Assembly: GCA_965263355.1 (NCBI GenBank)
Contig: CBDHHL010000032.1
Location: 2,400,001-2,464,000, forward strand
Length of the DNA: 64,000 nucleotides
Origin: Leptolyngbyaceae cyanobacterium
Lineage (GTDB): Bacteria > Cyanobacteriota > Cyanobacteriia > Phormidesmidales > Phormidesmidaceae
Direction: 5' to 3'
The stretch's first letter is position 1; every line of letters starts with the position of its first letter. The position numbers were made by a program, and so were the translations under genes. This document shows positions 41,338 to 51,238 of the stretch, one piece after another. The notes beneath the pieces were generated by a model, which was not told where the DNA came from, did no database searches, and worked only from the letters and a program-made list of their open reading frames with translations.

Positions 41338-42552
41338 TTAAATATCGAGTGATTGGTTCATCCTGGCCACAAGCAATACTTTAATACGGATAACGTTAGT
41401 ATAGTCATGGTCAGCTCCCAGGTTCTCTTCAAAAAGCACTAATGCTTCGCGATAGAGGGGTTCAGCCCGTTGATAGCGCCCTTGATTATCATAAAGTGTT
41501 GCTAGCTGATAAAGATTGAGTGCTACCTCAAGATGGGTATTGCCAAACAACCATTTGCGCATCATTAGCGCACCTTCTAGCAAGGAAATAGCCTCATTGT
41601 CACAATCTGTCTCAATATATAGATTTGCTAGATTGGTAATAATACCAATGGCGATAAAATGCAGAGTGATCTGGGCAAGTTCTGGCTGTTGCGGTGAATG
41701 GGCTAGCTTTGAACAGCTAGTCATTGCCGTTTGGGACCCTGCAATCCGATAGGCGACCCCAGCGTCATCCCGTAGTGCTGTGCCTCTAGTTAACACCCAA
41801 AGGTAGTCTCCGTTTGCGTGTTGAATACGATATTCGCAGTGAAACTGGTGACAACAACCAGCAAAATAGTCTTCTAGTGTTTGCTCGACGTATTTTTTAT
41901 CGTCTGGATGGATACGTGATAGCCACTCATTAGGGCTACTACCACAGTCATTGTCCCTTAGACCCAATAGAAATTTCCATTGTGGAGAGTAGTAAACGGA
42001 GTTATTTACCAAATCCCAATCCCAAATGCCATCATTGGCCCCTTGAGCTACTAAGGCATATCGCTCTTGACTGATTTTCGACTGCTGAGCTAATTCTGTG
42101 CGTTTAATGGCATATTGGATACGCTGGACTAGCAGATTGCCAATAGTTGCATAGCCCAGTTGCGATAATTGAACCGGGGAAAATGTGTCTGATTTTACTA
42201 CATAATCCTGAGCCCCCTCCCGTAATGCAGCATCTGCCATAGCCTGATCTGAAAGACCTGTTAGCACGACAATAGGTATCTGAGGTACCCGTCTTCTTAA
42301 TTGCTTGATAAGATCTAAACCATACCCATCAGGAAGATTTAGATCCAGTAAGACTATATCGAAGGTATGGTTCTCAAGTATGGTTAGGGCCTCTTCAAAT
42401 CGCTCGACATGATGTAACTTTGGCTTTTCAGAGTCTGACAGGTTGATAACTGTTTTAACCAACTGAGCATCTGAACAACTATCTTCAATCAGTAAAGCAT
42501 CAATGTCTGGCGTCATACTTGAGGTCTGTGATGGATAAGGATGCAAATTCAT
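41338..42552 (-). CDS. REC-PAS-TPR protein
   Basis: REC (LIEDS, LLDLNLPD), PAS/PAC, and C-terminal kinesin-light-chain-type TPRs (LATLYDNQGRYQRAEPLYREAL...LGADH). Confidence 0.85.
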   Translation of the reverse strand: MNLHPYPSQTSSMTPDIDALLIEDSCSDAQLVKTVINLSDSEKPKLHHVERFEEALTILENHTFDIVLLDLNLPDGYGLDLIKQLRRRVPQIPIVVLTGLSDQAMADAALREGAQDYVVKSDTFSPVQLSQLGYATIGNLLVQRIQYAIKRTELAQQSKISQERYALVAQGANDGIWDWDLVNNSVYYSPQWKFLLGLRDNDCGSSPNEWLSRIHPDDKKYVEQTLEDYFAGCCHQFHCEYRIQHANGDYLWVLTRGTALRDDAGVAYRIAGSQTAMTSCSKLAHSPQQPELAQITLHFIAIGIITNLANLYIETDCDNEAISLLEGALMMRKWLFGNTHLEVALNLYQLATLYDNQGRYQRAEPLYREALVLFEENLGADHDYTNVIRIKVLLVARMNQSLDI

Positions 42553-42685
42553 TACGCTTCAAATTAGGCTATTTCAATAACAAAAAAGCTTAAATAAAGT
42601 TCTCTTGATTGTAGACTGCCCGAGATAGCAGACACTTGTCTCGGGGAAAATACGGAACTTTATATCTTTTTAAGCATGTGCTTTA

Positions 42686-42850
42686 GGGTGTCAACTTAAG
42701 CTAAGAAATCTTGAATCGGTGCGGACTCAGGCTTCGACATGAGTTCAGCCTAACGTGATCAGGGGTCAGACATCAGGAATCTGACTGACCCCTGACGTCT
42801 GACCCCCGACGTCTATCCTTTGGAAACCGTTTTGCTCTAAGCTACTACCC
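42686..42850. mobile_element. MITE of the GGGTGTCAACTTAAG TIR family
   Basis: Left GGGTGTCAACTTAAG; decayed right end CTAAGCTACTACCC; internal CTGACCC/CTGACGT heptamers; the block ACGTCTATCCTTTGGAAA closely matches ACATCTATCCTTGGGAAA in the 61345 copy. Confidence 0.6.
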
Positions 42851-43100
42851 TAGCCTGGGGTAAGCAGACTTGACCGATAATAAAGCGACATAAAATCGAT
42901 TCAAAACTATAGCTAATCGTTCCTTCCACCTTAAACTTGGCTACGAATCTACAAATAGAAAAGTCTCCTTGACAAGGGCCAATAATCCCAAAGAATTTAA
43001 GGAGAATAACGATAACCTTACGAAGACTCGAACAACTATAGGCTCAAACGATAACAATCTAGACACCTATTATTTTTTCCGGCAGAAGCAAATATATTCC

Positions 43101-43364
43101 CTAATATCCAGACAAATAGGCCCCCAAATTACCAAACTGTTCTTTATTTAGGCTATAGTACATCCATCGCCCCTGCTGCCGAGCGGTTACCAATCCAGCA
43201 GCTTTAAGTGACTTGAGATGAAAAGAGAGCCTGGATTGGGCAATATTAAGCTTCTTACACATATCGCTCACGCAAAACTCTTGCTCTTGAAGAAGTTCAA
43301 TTATTTGTATTCGGATAGGATCTGATAGAGCATGAAATCCCTCAAATACCGATTCCTGAGCCAT
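43101..43364 (-). CDS. ArsR/SmtB-family transcriptional regulator
   Basis: FHALSDPIRIQI, EFCVSD, QSRLSFHLKSLKAAGLV, GRWMYYSL. Confidence 0.92.
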   Translation of the reverse strand: MAQESVFEGFHALSDPIRIQIIELLQEQEFCVSDMCKKLNIAQSRLSFHLKSLKAAGLVTARQQGRWMYYSLNKEQFGNLGAYLSGY

Positions 43365-43749
43365 GCAAAATTATTCCTAAAATTTATATTACAATACCGG
43401 TTACGGCTTGAATGAGTTCAAGCTTGATGTCCAATTTAATGTCCAAGAATGATTGCCCCCTAGTTCTTAGTGGTCTTTTCAAGACAAAGAGAGCTATATC
43501 TTAATAGCGGACTATCCTTCTTTGACATCAATTGAAATATCTATGTTGATACAATTCCCAACTTATCAGAGAATTTATATCAGAAAAAACTCGGAAGTTT
43601 GGATCAGATAGGATGTATTTCTTGACTGACTTCGATTTTATGACAATTCCCAATTGAGATAAATACGAGGCTGGCTCTGTAGGCGAATAGTCAATAGATA
43701 CAAGTTAACATTTTCGGGAATAATCTAATGTTCCTATAGAGTCCTCACT

Positions 43750-46700
43750 ATGTCTGACTTAACCTTCCTATGGCGGACTTACTTATTAGAGTGTGGAGTC
43801 AGTATATCCTCTATCTCTCTACAAGTTCTACTAATACTTGTCTGTTGCCTGTTACCCCAGCGAGAGGGGTTAGCTCAAATTGTACCCGACGATACACTGC
43901 CTGATCCTTCAGTTGTTCCGGCTGGGGCTGAGACAGGGGCGTTAACCAATGTATTTATTGAAGGAGGCACCCAGAGCAACACCACTCTGTTCCATAGCTT
44001 CGAGCAATTTAATGTCAACCCAACTCAACAGGTTCAATTTATCACCCCTACAACTGTTGAAACCATCTTTTCTCGCATCACTGGAGGCATGTTATCCAAT
44101 ATCAATGGAAAGTTAGGTGTGAATAGTAGCGCTGATCTATTTTTATTGAACCCCAGTGGTGTGATTTTGGGACCTGACGCTGATTTAAATCTAAACGGAG
44201 CATTTGTTGTTTCCACAGCTGAACAGTTTATTTTTCCAGATGGCAGCAGCTTTAGCGCGGTTAACCCTGTAGACCCACCTTTACTTACCCTGAATATGCC
44301 AATCGGTCTACAGTTTGGCGCTAACCCACAACCCATTATCGTAGATGGAGCAAATCTTAAACTACAGCCAGACCAACCTCTGGCGCTACTGGGGGGAGAT
44401 ATCACCAGCAATGGAGGAGAATTTAAAGTAACAGGTGGGCGATTAGTACTGGGGGGACTCTCTAGCTCAGGACTTTTGACCCTGGATCTAAATGCAGTTG
44501 CACCTGGGGATATTTTGGCAATTCCAGCTACGGCTGAACGGGCCAACGTTACTGTGAGTGATACAAAAGCCTCAACGCAGTCTGAAGAAAATGGAGACAT
44601 TGTTATTTATGGGCAAGATCTTACGTTGAGTGCCAGTCAGTTAGAAGTGGGGATCAGGGACAATTTGAGTAGCCCTGAGAGTCAGGCAGGTAGCATCATT
44701 CTTGATGCCACAGGAGACATACACATCTCTCAGGGGTCTAGAGTGATCAATGAAGTTAGGGATAACACCCTCGGTGACGGTGGAGACATTACTATCCAGG
44801 CAAACAACCTAACTATAACCGACGGTAGTGATATTTCTACAGAAACTGCCAGTGGTGGCAGGGCAGGCAATATTTTAATTGATATCGAGAATCTAATTCT
44901 GGTGGAAGGGGGTGAGCAACAAGATTCCATAACCCTGATTTCATCTTCCTCCAGAAATGAGGAATCAGGGGCCACGGGTAATGTCACCCTCACGGCAAAA
45001 GAGATTATTTTAGACGGTTACATGCGGGTTGAAATCAACCATAATGGCTCTGAATCAGGCGGAGATATTACCCTTGAAAGTGAGTCGTTTCAATTGCTGG
45101 CAGGAGCCTCAGTCAACAGTGTTACCAATGGTACAGCGGCGGCAGGGGATGTTAATCTGCAGGCTAGCACCATTCTCCTGGATGATCGAGGCAGTTCTGG
45201 CGACGCGTCTGGTCCTGCAGGAATTGATTCCACCGTAGGGCCTGGTGGTGAGAATGCAACGGGGGGTACGGTTAACATTTCGACTGACAACTTAACCGTC
45301 ATTGGGGTACGCATTGGTGCCACCGTTCAGGGCGCGGGGCAAGGCGGTCAGGTGGTGATTAATGCCAGTGATACTGTCACCTTGACCACCGATGAAACCT
45401 CCGGCGTCAGCTCTATTGCCAGTGCCATCCGGGAAGGTGGATCGGGGATAGGTGGAGATATTACCATTGAGGCACGACGGTTGATTGTTGAAAATGGGTC
45501 AACAATTGACGCTGGTGTGGACGGATCGGGCACCAGCGGCACCATCACTCTGACCATCGAAGAGGATATTGTTTTGCAGGGGACACTGTCAGACGGGCAG
45601 CCTAGCAGTATTCTCACCCAGCTCAATCAGGATGTCACAGGAGTGGGATCTGACATTACCATCACAACGGCTGAACTGAGTCTGGCTGATGGTGGTCAGA
45701 TTTCGGCGGCAACGCGGGGGAATGGTCCAGGGGGCACCGTCACTATCCAGGCCAGTGAACGCATTAGCCTGACAGGCTCAAGTCCTCAAATTACGCTCTC
45801 TGGTGAGAATGAGGCAAACTTTGTTGCTAACAATGGTAATTTTTCCAGTGGTATTTTTGCGGACTCACCGGCAGATGGGGATGCTGGTGACATTGAAATT
45901 GTTACACCTGTGTTAGGGGTGCAAGATGGTGCTCGGATTTCTGTGAGTAGTAAAAATGCAGGGGCCTCTGGTAATATCGAGGTTACTGCTGATAATGTTG
46001 TCCTGGACGATGGCATTTTAAGTGCGGATGCGATCGCAGGTACCGACGCCAATATTACCCTCAATGTTCAAGAAACCTTAAAATTAAGCAACGGCAGTCA
46101 AATTTCCACCAATGCCCTGGGTAACGCTAGCGGTGGCAACATCTCCATTACCGCCCCCAATATTGTTTTACTCAAGGACCAATCCAGTATTTCTGCAGAA
46201 AATCCAGGGGGCACTGGCAATGGTGGCAACGTTAGCATCGAAACCAACTTTTTTGTCGCCGCCCAGGCAGGGTTAAACCGCATTACTGCCAATGCCAATC
46301 GAGGCAATGGTGGCAATATTAATATTGTCACTAACGCCCTTTTAGGAGCAGAATTTCAAGAGTTTTCCGCCTCCTCTCGATTTGGCGTAGACGGTGAAGT
46401 CGATATTGACTCTCCTAACCTTGACCCCGCCAGGGGGATCACCGAACTTCCCACTCAGCTGGTCGATGCTAGCAGTCAGATTGCCAATGCCTGTACCATC
46501 GATCAACAGAGTCAGGCTAAATTTATTGCCACGGGCCGAGGAGGATTATCCATCACCCCCACCAGCCAACCCACAGGCATCAAGCCGCTCCCCGACCTCG
46601 GTACCCTAGCCAGTGAGCAGACAGCCCCAACTCAAACATCCCTGCAAGAAGCCCAGTCATGGTCCCTGGCTACCAATGGCGATATTCTCTTAGTCACTGA

Positions 46701-49143
46701 GCCTGTCGGTTCTCGCAACAGTTCTCTCAATACCCTTTTACACACAGCAGTCCAGGCATATGAGCAAGCCAACTACAGTCAGGCCGCCAAACTATGGACT
46801 GCAACCATCCACAGCCTAGACCCAGGCAGTCACCCCCTAACCCAGGCCGCCATCCTGAGTAACCTGGCCCTGGCATCTGCCCAGCTCGGCAACTGGCAGC
46901 AGGCAGATGCCGCTATAGTAGCTAGTCAGCAGTTGCTCACCCCCGAAAACACCACTCCCCAGGTCCTGGCTCAAATTCTCAATACTCGCGCTAGCTTACA
47001 CCTGAGCCGAGGCCAAACTCAGAGCGCCATTGCCGACTGGCAACAAGCTGCAGTTGCCTACCAGCGAGCCGGGGACACCATCGGTTATTATCAAACCCAG
47101 CTAAATCAGGCCCACGCGCTGCAGTCCCTTGGGCTATATCGTCAGGCTCAACCCCTATTGGCAAACCTGGCCACTCAGCTGGCAGATCAGCCCCCTTCTC
47201 TGCTCAAAGCCACCACCCTACTCACCCTTGGCAACGGGCTACGCAACAGTGGCGAAACAGTCCAAGCACAAAACGCCCTAACGGCAGCCCTGGCCATTGC
47301 TAAAACCATTGACCAACCCTCCCTGACCAGCCAGATTTTACTGAACCTGGGGCACGCTACCCAAGCCGAGCAGGCCCTGAGCTACTATCAAAAGGCGTTA
47401 GCCATAGCCCCCACCGACCTTGACCAGTGGCAAGCATCCATTAGTCAATTACAACTACTGGCCACCTACGCCCCTGACGCGGCCCAACAACTATGGGCAG
47501 ACCTACAGTCAAACCTGCAACAAACAAATTTCCCCACCAATCGAGAAGCCCTCTATACCCAATTGCACCTGGCTCACATTTTGTTGCACCATGACCTGAT
47601 TACCAATTCTCCCCAGAGCTTTCTTACCCTCCTAAACCACACTCATCAACAGGCACTCTTTTTGCAAGATGCCGTTGCTCAGACCTATATCCTGGGCTAC
47701 CAGGGAGATTTTTACAGCAAACAGCAACAGTGGAACAAGGCTGAAGCATTGACCCAAAACGCCTTTCGTCAGGCCCACACACTGCAGACCCCAGAGGTAC
47801 TCTATCCACTAGCATTACAGCTGGCGCGGTTACAAACGTTTCAAGGCAAGCGTACCCAGGCCATTGCCGCTTATGGTGAAGCCATTAATGCCCTAGAAAT
47901 TCTTCGAAAAGATCTGATCGCTACAAGTGACGATGTCCAATTTACCTTTCGCGATGATGTCGAGCCGATATATCGCGAATTTGTCAAACTCTTACTCAAA
48001 AACGATAATGGTCGCTCTCCCAACAAAGATGACTTAAGACGGGCCAGAGCGTTGATCGAAAATTTACAAGTTGCAGAAATCAACGATTACTTTCAGGATG
48101 CTTGTATTCAAGGGACGTCAACCTTAGCTGATCAAATCGATCCAACAGCTGCGGTGATTTATCCAATTTTGCTAGATGACCGCCTCGATATCATCGTCAG
48201 CATTGGTGATGACATTCAGCATTACAGTCAATCCGTTTCTACCCAAGAACTTGAAAAAACAGCCCAACAATTGCTAGTAACGCTCAGGTCCCCCCATCGG
48301 GCCAGACGATCGTATACAATTCGAAGCCTACAACAGATTTATAACTGGATTCTTGCCCCCGTTGAAAGCTACTTAGCCCAACAAGGTGTAGAAAGTCTAG
48401 TGTTTGTTGCCGATGGTGTTTTACGCACATTACCCTTTAGCGCACTACACGACGGTGAACAATACCTGATCGAAACCTATAACGTTGTCTCGTCTCCTGG
48501 CCTAAGTCTATTAGATCCTAATCCTTTACCGCGCCAGGGGTTACAAATGCTAGTAGGTGGTGTTAGCGAAGCCCGATCTGGCTTTGCACCATTGCCCTTT
48601 GTCCGTGATGAACTGCAACAGGTAACGGCGCAAATTCCTAACCATCAGGTATTGTTCAATGAAGCTCTAACCACAACCAATTTGGTAGAAAATCTTACAA
48701 CAACGCCAGCCAGCGTGGTGCATCTTGCTACCCATGGAAAATTTGGGGCAACCGCTGACGATACCTTTATTCTCACCTGGGATGGAAAACTCACCATGGA
48801 AGAAATGAGTCAGGTATTGCGGGCGCGTCACCGTAGTGACCAATCACCTGTAGAGCTGTTGGTGTTTAGTGCCTGTGAAACTGCGTCGGGCAATAGTCGA
48901 GCAGTCTTAGGGATTGCTGGGACGGCGATTCGGTCTGGGGTGCGCAGTGCATTAGCGGGCCTATGGGCCATTGATGACCAGGCAGCCGCCACCTTTATGA
49001 ATGAATTTTATAAGGCCTTGGCTCAACCTGGTACGACTAAGGCAGAGGCGTTTCGTCAGGCTCAGTTAGCGATGCTAGAAGATCCACGGTTGGCATCACC
49101 TTATTATTGGAGTCCCTTTATCCTGGTGGGGAATTGGTTGTAA
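43750..49143 (+). CDS. TpsA-like beta-helical exoprotein fused to TPR and CHAT domains
   Basis: Signal-peptide-like N-terminus (GLA-Q); TPS domain (LFHSFEQF, LFLLNPSG); G-x-x-G-x-I-x-I repeats; TpsA tail (FIATGRGGL...EAQSW); TPRs; CHAT dyad HLATHGKF / FSACETA; SPYYWSPFILVGNWL. Confidence 0.92.
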   Translation: MSDLTFLWRTYLLECGVSISSISLQVLLILVCCLLPQREGLAQIVPDDTLPDPSVVPAGAETGALTNVFIEGGTQSNTTLFHSFEQFNVNPTQQVQFITPTTVETIFSRITGGMLSNINGKLGVNSSADLFLLNPSGVILGPDADLNLNGAFVVSTAEQFIFPDGSSFSAVNPVDPPLLTLNMPIGLQFGANPQPIIVDGANLKLQPDQPLALLGGDITSNGGEFKVTGGRLVLGGLSSSGLLTLDLNAVAPGDILAIPATAERANVTVSDTKASTQSEENGDIVIYGQDLTLSASQLEVGIRDNLSSPESQAGSIILDATGDIHISQGSRVINEVRDNTLGDGGDITIQANNLTITDGSDISTETASGGRAGNILIDIENLILVEGGEQQDSITLISSSSRNEESGATGNVTLTAKEIILDGYMRVEINHNGSESGGDITLESESFQLLAGASVNSVTNGTAAAGDVNLQASTILLDDRGSSGDASGPAGIDSTVGPGGENATGGTVNISTDNLTVIGVRIGATVQGAGQGGQVVINASDTVTLTTDETSGVSSIASAIREGGSGIGGDITIEARRLIVENGSTIDAGVDGSGTSGTITLTIEEDIVLQGTLSDGQPSSILTQLNQDVTGVGSDITITTAELSLADGGQISAATRGNGPGGTVTIQASERISLTGSSPQITLSGENEANFVANNGNFSSGIFADSPADGDAGDIEIVTPVLGVQDGARISVSSKNAGASGNIEVTADNVVLDDGILSADAIAGTDANITLNVQETLKLSNGSQISTNALGNASGGNISITAPNIVLLKDQSSISAENPGGTGNGGNVSIETNFFVAAQAGLNRITANANRGNGGNINIVTNALLGAEFQEFSASSRFGVDGEVDIDSPNLDPARGITELPTQLVDASSQIANACTIDQQSQAKFIATGRGGLSITPTSQPTGIKPLPDLGTLASEQTAPTQTSLQEAQSWSLATNGDILLVTEPVGSRNSSLNTLLHTAVQAYEQANYSQAAKLWTATIHSLDPGSHPLTQAAILSNLALASAQLGNWQQADAAIVASQQLLTPENTTPQVLAQILNTRASLHLSRGQTQSAIADWQQAAVAYQRAGDTIGYYQTQLNQAHALQSLGLYRQAQPLLANLATQLADQPPSLLKATTLLTLGNGLRNSGETVQAQNALTAALAIAKTIDQPSLTSQILLNLGHATQAEQALSYYQKALAIAPTDLDQWQASISQLQLLATYAPDAAQQLWADLQSNLQQTNFPTNREALYTQLHLAHILLHHDLITNSPQSFLTLLNHTHQQALFLQDAVAQTYILGYQGDFYSKQQQWNKAEALTQNAFRQAHTLQTPEVLYPLALQLARLQTFQGKRTQAIAAYGEAINALEILRKDLIATSDDVQFTFRDDVEPIYREFVKLLLKNDNGRSPNKDDLRRARALIENLQVAEINDYFQDACIQGTSTLADQIDPTAAVIYPILLDDRLDIIVSIGDDIQHYSQSVSTQELEKTAQQLLVTLRSPHRARRSYTIRSLQQIYNWILAPVESYLAQQGVESLVFVADGVLRTLPFSALHDGEQYLIETYNVVSSPGLSLLDPNPLPRQGLQMLVGGVSEARSGFAPLPFVRDELQQVTAQIPNHQVLFNEALTTTNLVENLTTTPASVVHLATHGKFGATADDTFILTWDGKLTMEEMSQVLRARHRSDQSPVELLVFSACETASGNSRAVLGIAGTAIRSGVRSALAGLWAIDDQAAATFMNEFYKALAQPGTTKAEAFRQAQLAMLEDPRLASPYYWSPFILVGNWL

Positions 49144-49209
49144 AGTTCAGCAGTAAGGCGTCTGCATGAAAATAATGTACTGTTTTAAAACATGTTTGAG
49201 ATCTGCTGT

Positions 49210-49328
49210 CCCCCTTATGAAGGGGGCCTTACAGAGGGTATCGACAGTTAGCGCTATCGGTCAAAACCCCTCCACCTACGGCACCTCCCCTAAGCCCTCT
49301 GGGCAGGCTTCGCCAACGTAAGGGGAGG
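49210..49328. repeat. GC-rich cyanobacterial short dispersed palindromic repeat
   Basis: CCCCCTTATGAAGGGGG hairpin (49210-49226) and CCTCCCCTAAG...TAAGGGGAGG downstream. Confidence 0.5.
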
Positions 49329-49452
49329 AAAGTTTGAAGCATAATTCCAAGCTGGTATTTTATTTAGCTGCTAGCCCCTAAGCCTTTTAGTCCTGGGTTT
49401 TACCCCCCCCCTGGGCAGGATAGAGCCACCTCGCCAGGTGCCAGGTATACCG

Positions 49453-49797
49453 TCAAACAACAGCAAAGTCTGTATGCTTTCGCATTGAAGGGTGATGAAA
49501 GGCTAAAACAATATCTTGTTTTGGGACACCTTTGTCCACCAACGCGTTAGCAATTCCTTCTTCTGTGCCATCATGTTGAATCCAAATTTTGCCGTCCTTA
49601 ATATCTAGATGTAAGACACATCCATAATTACGGTGACCATTAGACTTCCAGCCTACATGTACTAATTGGTAATGATCGCGTTCTGTATCGAAAATAATTT
49701 GTGTTTCAAAATCTTTGCGTTTAGATGAATGGACCGACCTTTGTCTCCGTTCGGATAGTAACTCTTGGATGTGGTTACGATACTCTTCTACTGCCAT
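49453..49797 (-). CDS. xisI: XisI-family protein
   Basis: FDTERDHYQLVHVGW, HLDIKDGKIWIQHDGTE, GVPKQDIVLAF. Confidence 0.93.
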   Translation of the reverse strand: MAVEEYRNHIQELLSERRQRSVHSSKRKDFETQIIFDTERDHYQLVHVGWKSNGHRNYGCVLHLDIKDGKIWIQHDGTEEGIANALVDKGVPKQDIVLAFHHPSMRKHTDFAVV

Positions 49798-50208
49798 AGA
49801 ACAATGGTCTCATCATCCAGGTTATAAACTAAAAGACGCAATTGACTGCGCCTAATCGCAGTTTGAATAAATTTTAGACTAAAAAAAGTCGCATAGGTTT
49901 TTTCTGGCACCGCCAGATATAGAACTCGCTCTGGATCGTCTTCCTCTAAAGCATATTTAATAGTCGATGAACTGTCCATGGGCCGTATGAAATTCGGAAA
50001 TGGGAGAGGTCCCGATAAAGCTTTTGATTTCAACAGCAATTCTGGTATCATCACGTTCTGCGCCGAGTAGTTGCTCTGCCCCTAAATCGATATACATTTC
50101 TACACCGCCTACAGCTAAGCTGTAGGGATCATGGGTAATAGTCCAGCCATCTTTTTGAAGTGCAGCTTTCACAGCATTGTGAAAGATATCTTTGCCCATC
50201 AGGTTCAT
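49788..50208 (-). pseudogene. xisH: XisH-family gene split by a 1-bp insertion
   Basis: The 5' part reads KDIFH..ALQKDGW..AVEIKSF..HGQFIDY then TAA. The 3' part KYALEEDDPERVLYLAVP is in another frame. Removing one A at 49959-49960 joins them. Confidence 0.85.
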
Positions 50209-50602
50209 CCATCACTGTAGAGTCATTCTAGCCTAAGGCAATTTCAAGAACTAAGAGGCGGCACAGGCTCTGGTGGGCGGCAGAGCCGCTAAGGTGCTCT
50301 CAACCGTTTGCGATCGCAGACCCCGTCACATTTAAGTTCGAATGGTCTGTATAACCCATTAAATCGAGAGAAGCTGAGCTATATCAGACTACGTTGAATG
50401 CTAAATTTACTTCGAAGCTACAGATATCCCCAAGTTTGATCTTCCTCTTTTATTTGCAAGGGAAATGTTAAATTTTTTCGATTTTGAGCCATTTGAGTTA
50501 GACTCTTGCCGTATACGGTAATAGCTTCTGAATTCAAGTAATGGAATTCATCGAGCGCATGCCTAGTGAAATTGATTTCTAAGACACCCTATTTGTAATT
50601 CT

Positions 50603-51043
50603 ATGGACGCTTCGCAATCCCAACTCTTGCTCAAACGAGTTATCAATGTCAAAGCCGTTGTCACCCCCCTCTGGAAAGAAGAAGCCCAAAATCAGCTACA
50701 AAAGCAGATCAATGGTATTGACAGCCGTCTCCAGCAACTCGAAATGCAAGGTCAGCGCATGGTAACCGAGCTACAAAAGCAAGAAGCCAACGACGCTGTA
50801 CAGAAGCAGATGGCTGCTGTACAAAACAAAATCAACGAAGACAAAAATAAATTGCTTCAGCAAAAGAACCAGGTTCTACAGCAACTACAGCAAGTTCAAA
50901 CCCTGGAACTCAATAAAGAAGTCAGCCAAGGCCAGATCGACGGCTTCTTTAAGGTGTCCACTGGTGATAACCTTGTCAAAAAAATGCAGGTAGAAATTCT
51001 GCTACGCGATGGCGTTATCGAAGAAATTCGCGGCGAATTGTAA
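50603..51043 (+). CDS. YlqD-family protein
   Basis: LKRVINVKAVVTPLWKEE, coiled coil, GDNLVKKMQVEILLRDGVIEEIRG. Confidence 0.85.
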   Translation: MDASQSQLLLKRVINVKAVVTPLWKEEAQNQLQKQINGIDSRLQQLEMQGQRMVTELQKQEANDAVQKQMAAVQNKINEDKNKLLQQKNQVLQQLQQVQTLELNKEVSQGQIDGFFKVSTGDNLVKKMQVEILLRDGVIEEIRGEL

Positions 51044-51098
51044 GCTACACAACGCTCATCCTTCAAAAGCGGTCGCTGTACATAAGAATATTTAATGA

Positions 51099-51133
51099 AG
51101 CCAGCTGCAAACTTGTAGCTGGTCTTTTATTTT
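51099..51133 (+). terminator. Intrinsic terminator after the ylqD-like gene
   Basis: Stem CCAGCTGCAA-AC-TTGTAGCTGG followed by TCTTTTATTTT. Confidence 0.6.
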
Positions 51134-51238
51134 GCCGTCCATTTAATTTGATGACACAAAGTCTTTTAGAATAAGATGCTGGCGTGCCTCTACGGTTCGT
51201 TATCATAATTTGTTGTTCACCCGTCCCGGAATTTCCCA

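Noticed and set aside
43400..43600. ArsR/SmtB operator upstream of arsR
   Set aside because: Only loose ATCA..TGAT-like pieces; no convincing 12-2-12 inverted repeat, and no metal-resistance genes are adjacent.
49453..50208. xisH/xisI as the marker of an excisable fdxN-type element
   Set aside because: No recombinase (xisF-like) or interrupted target gene is nearby; orphan xisHI pairs are common in cyanobacteria.
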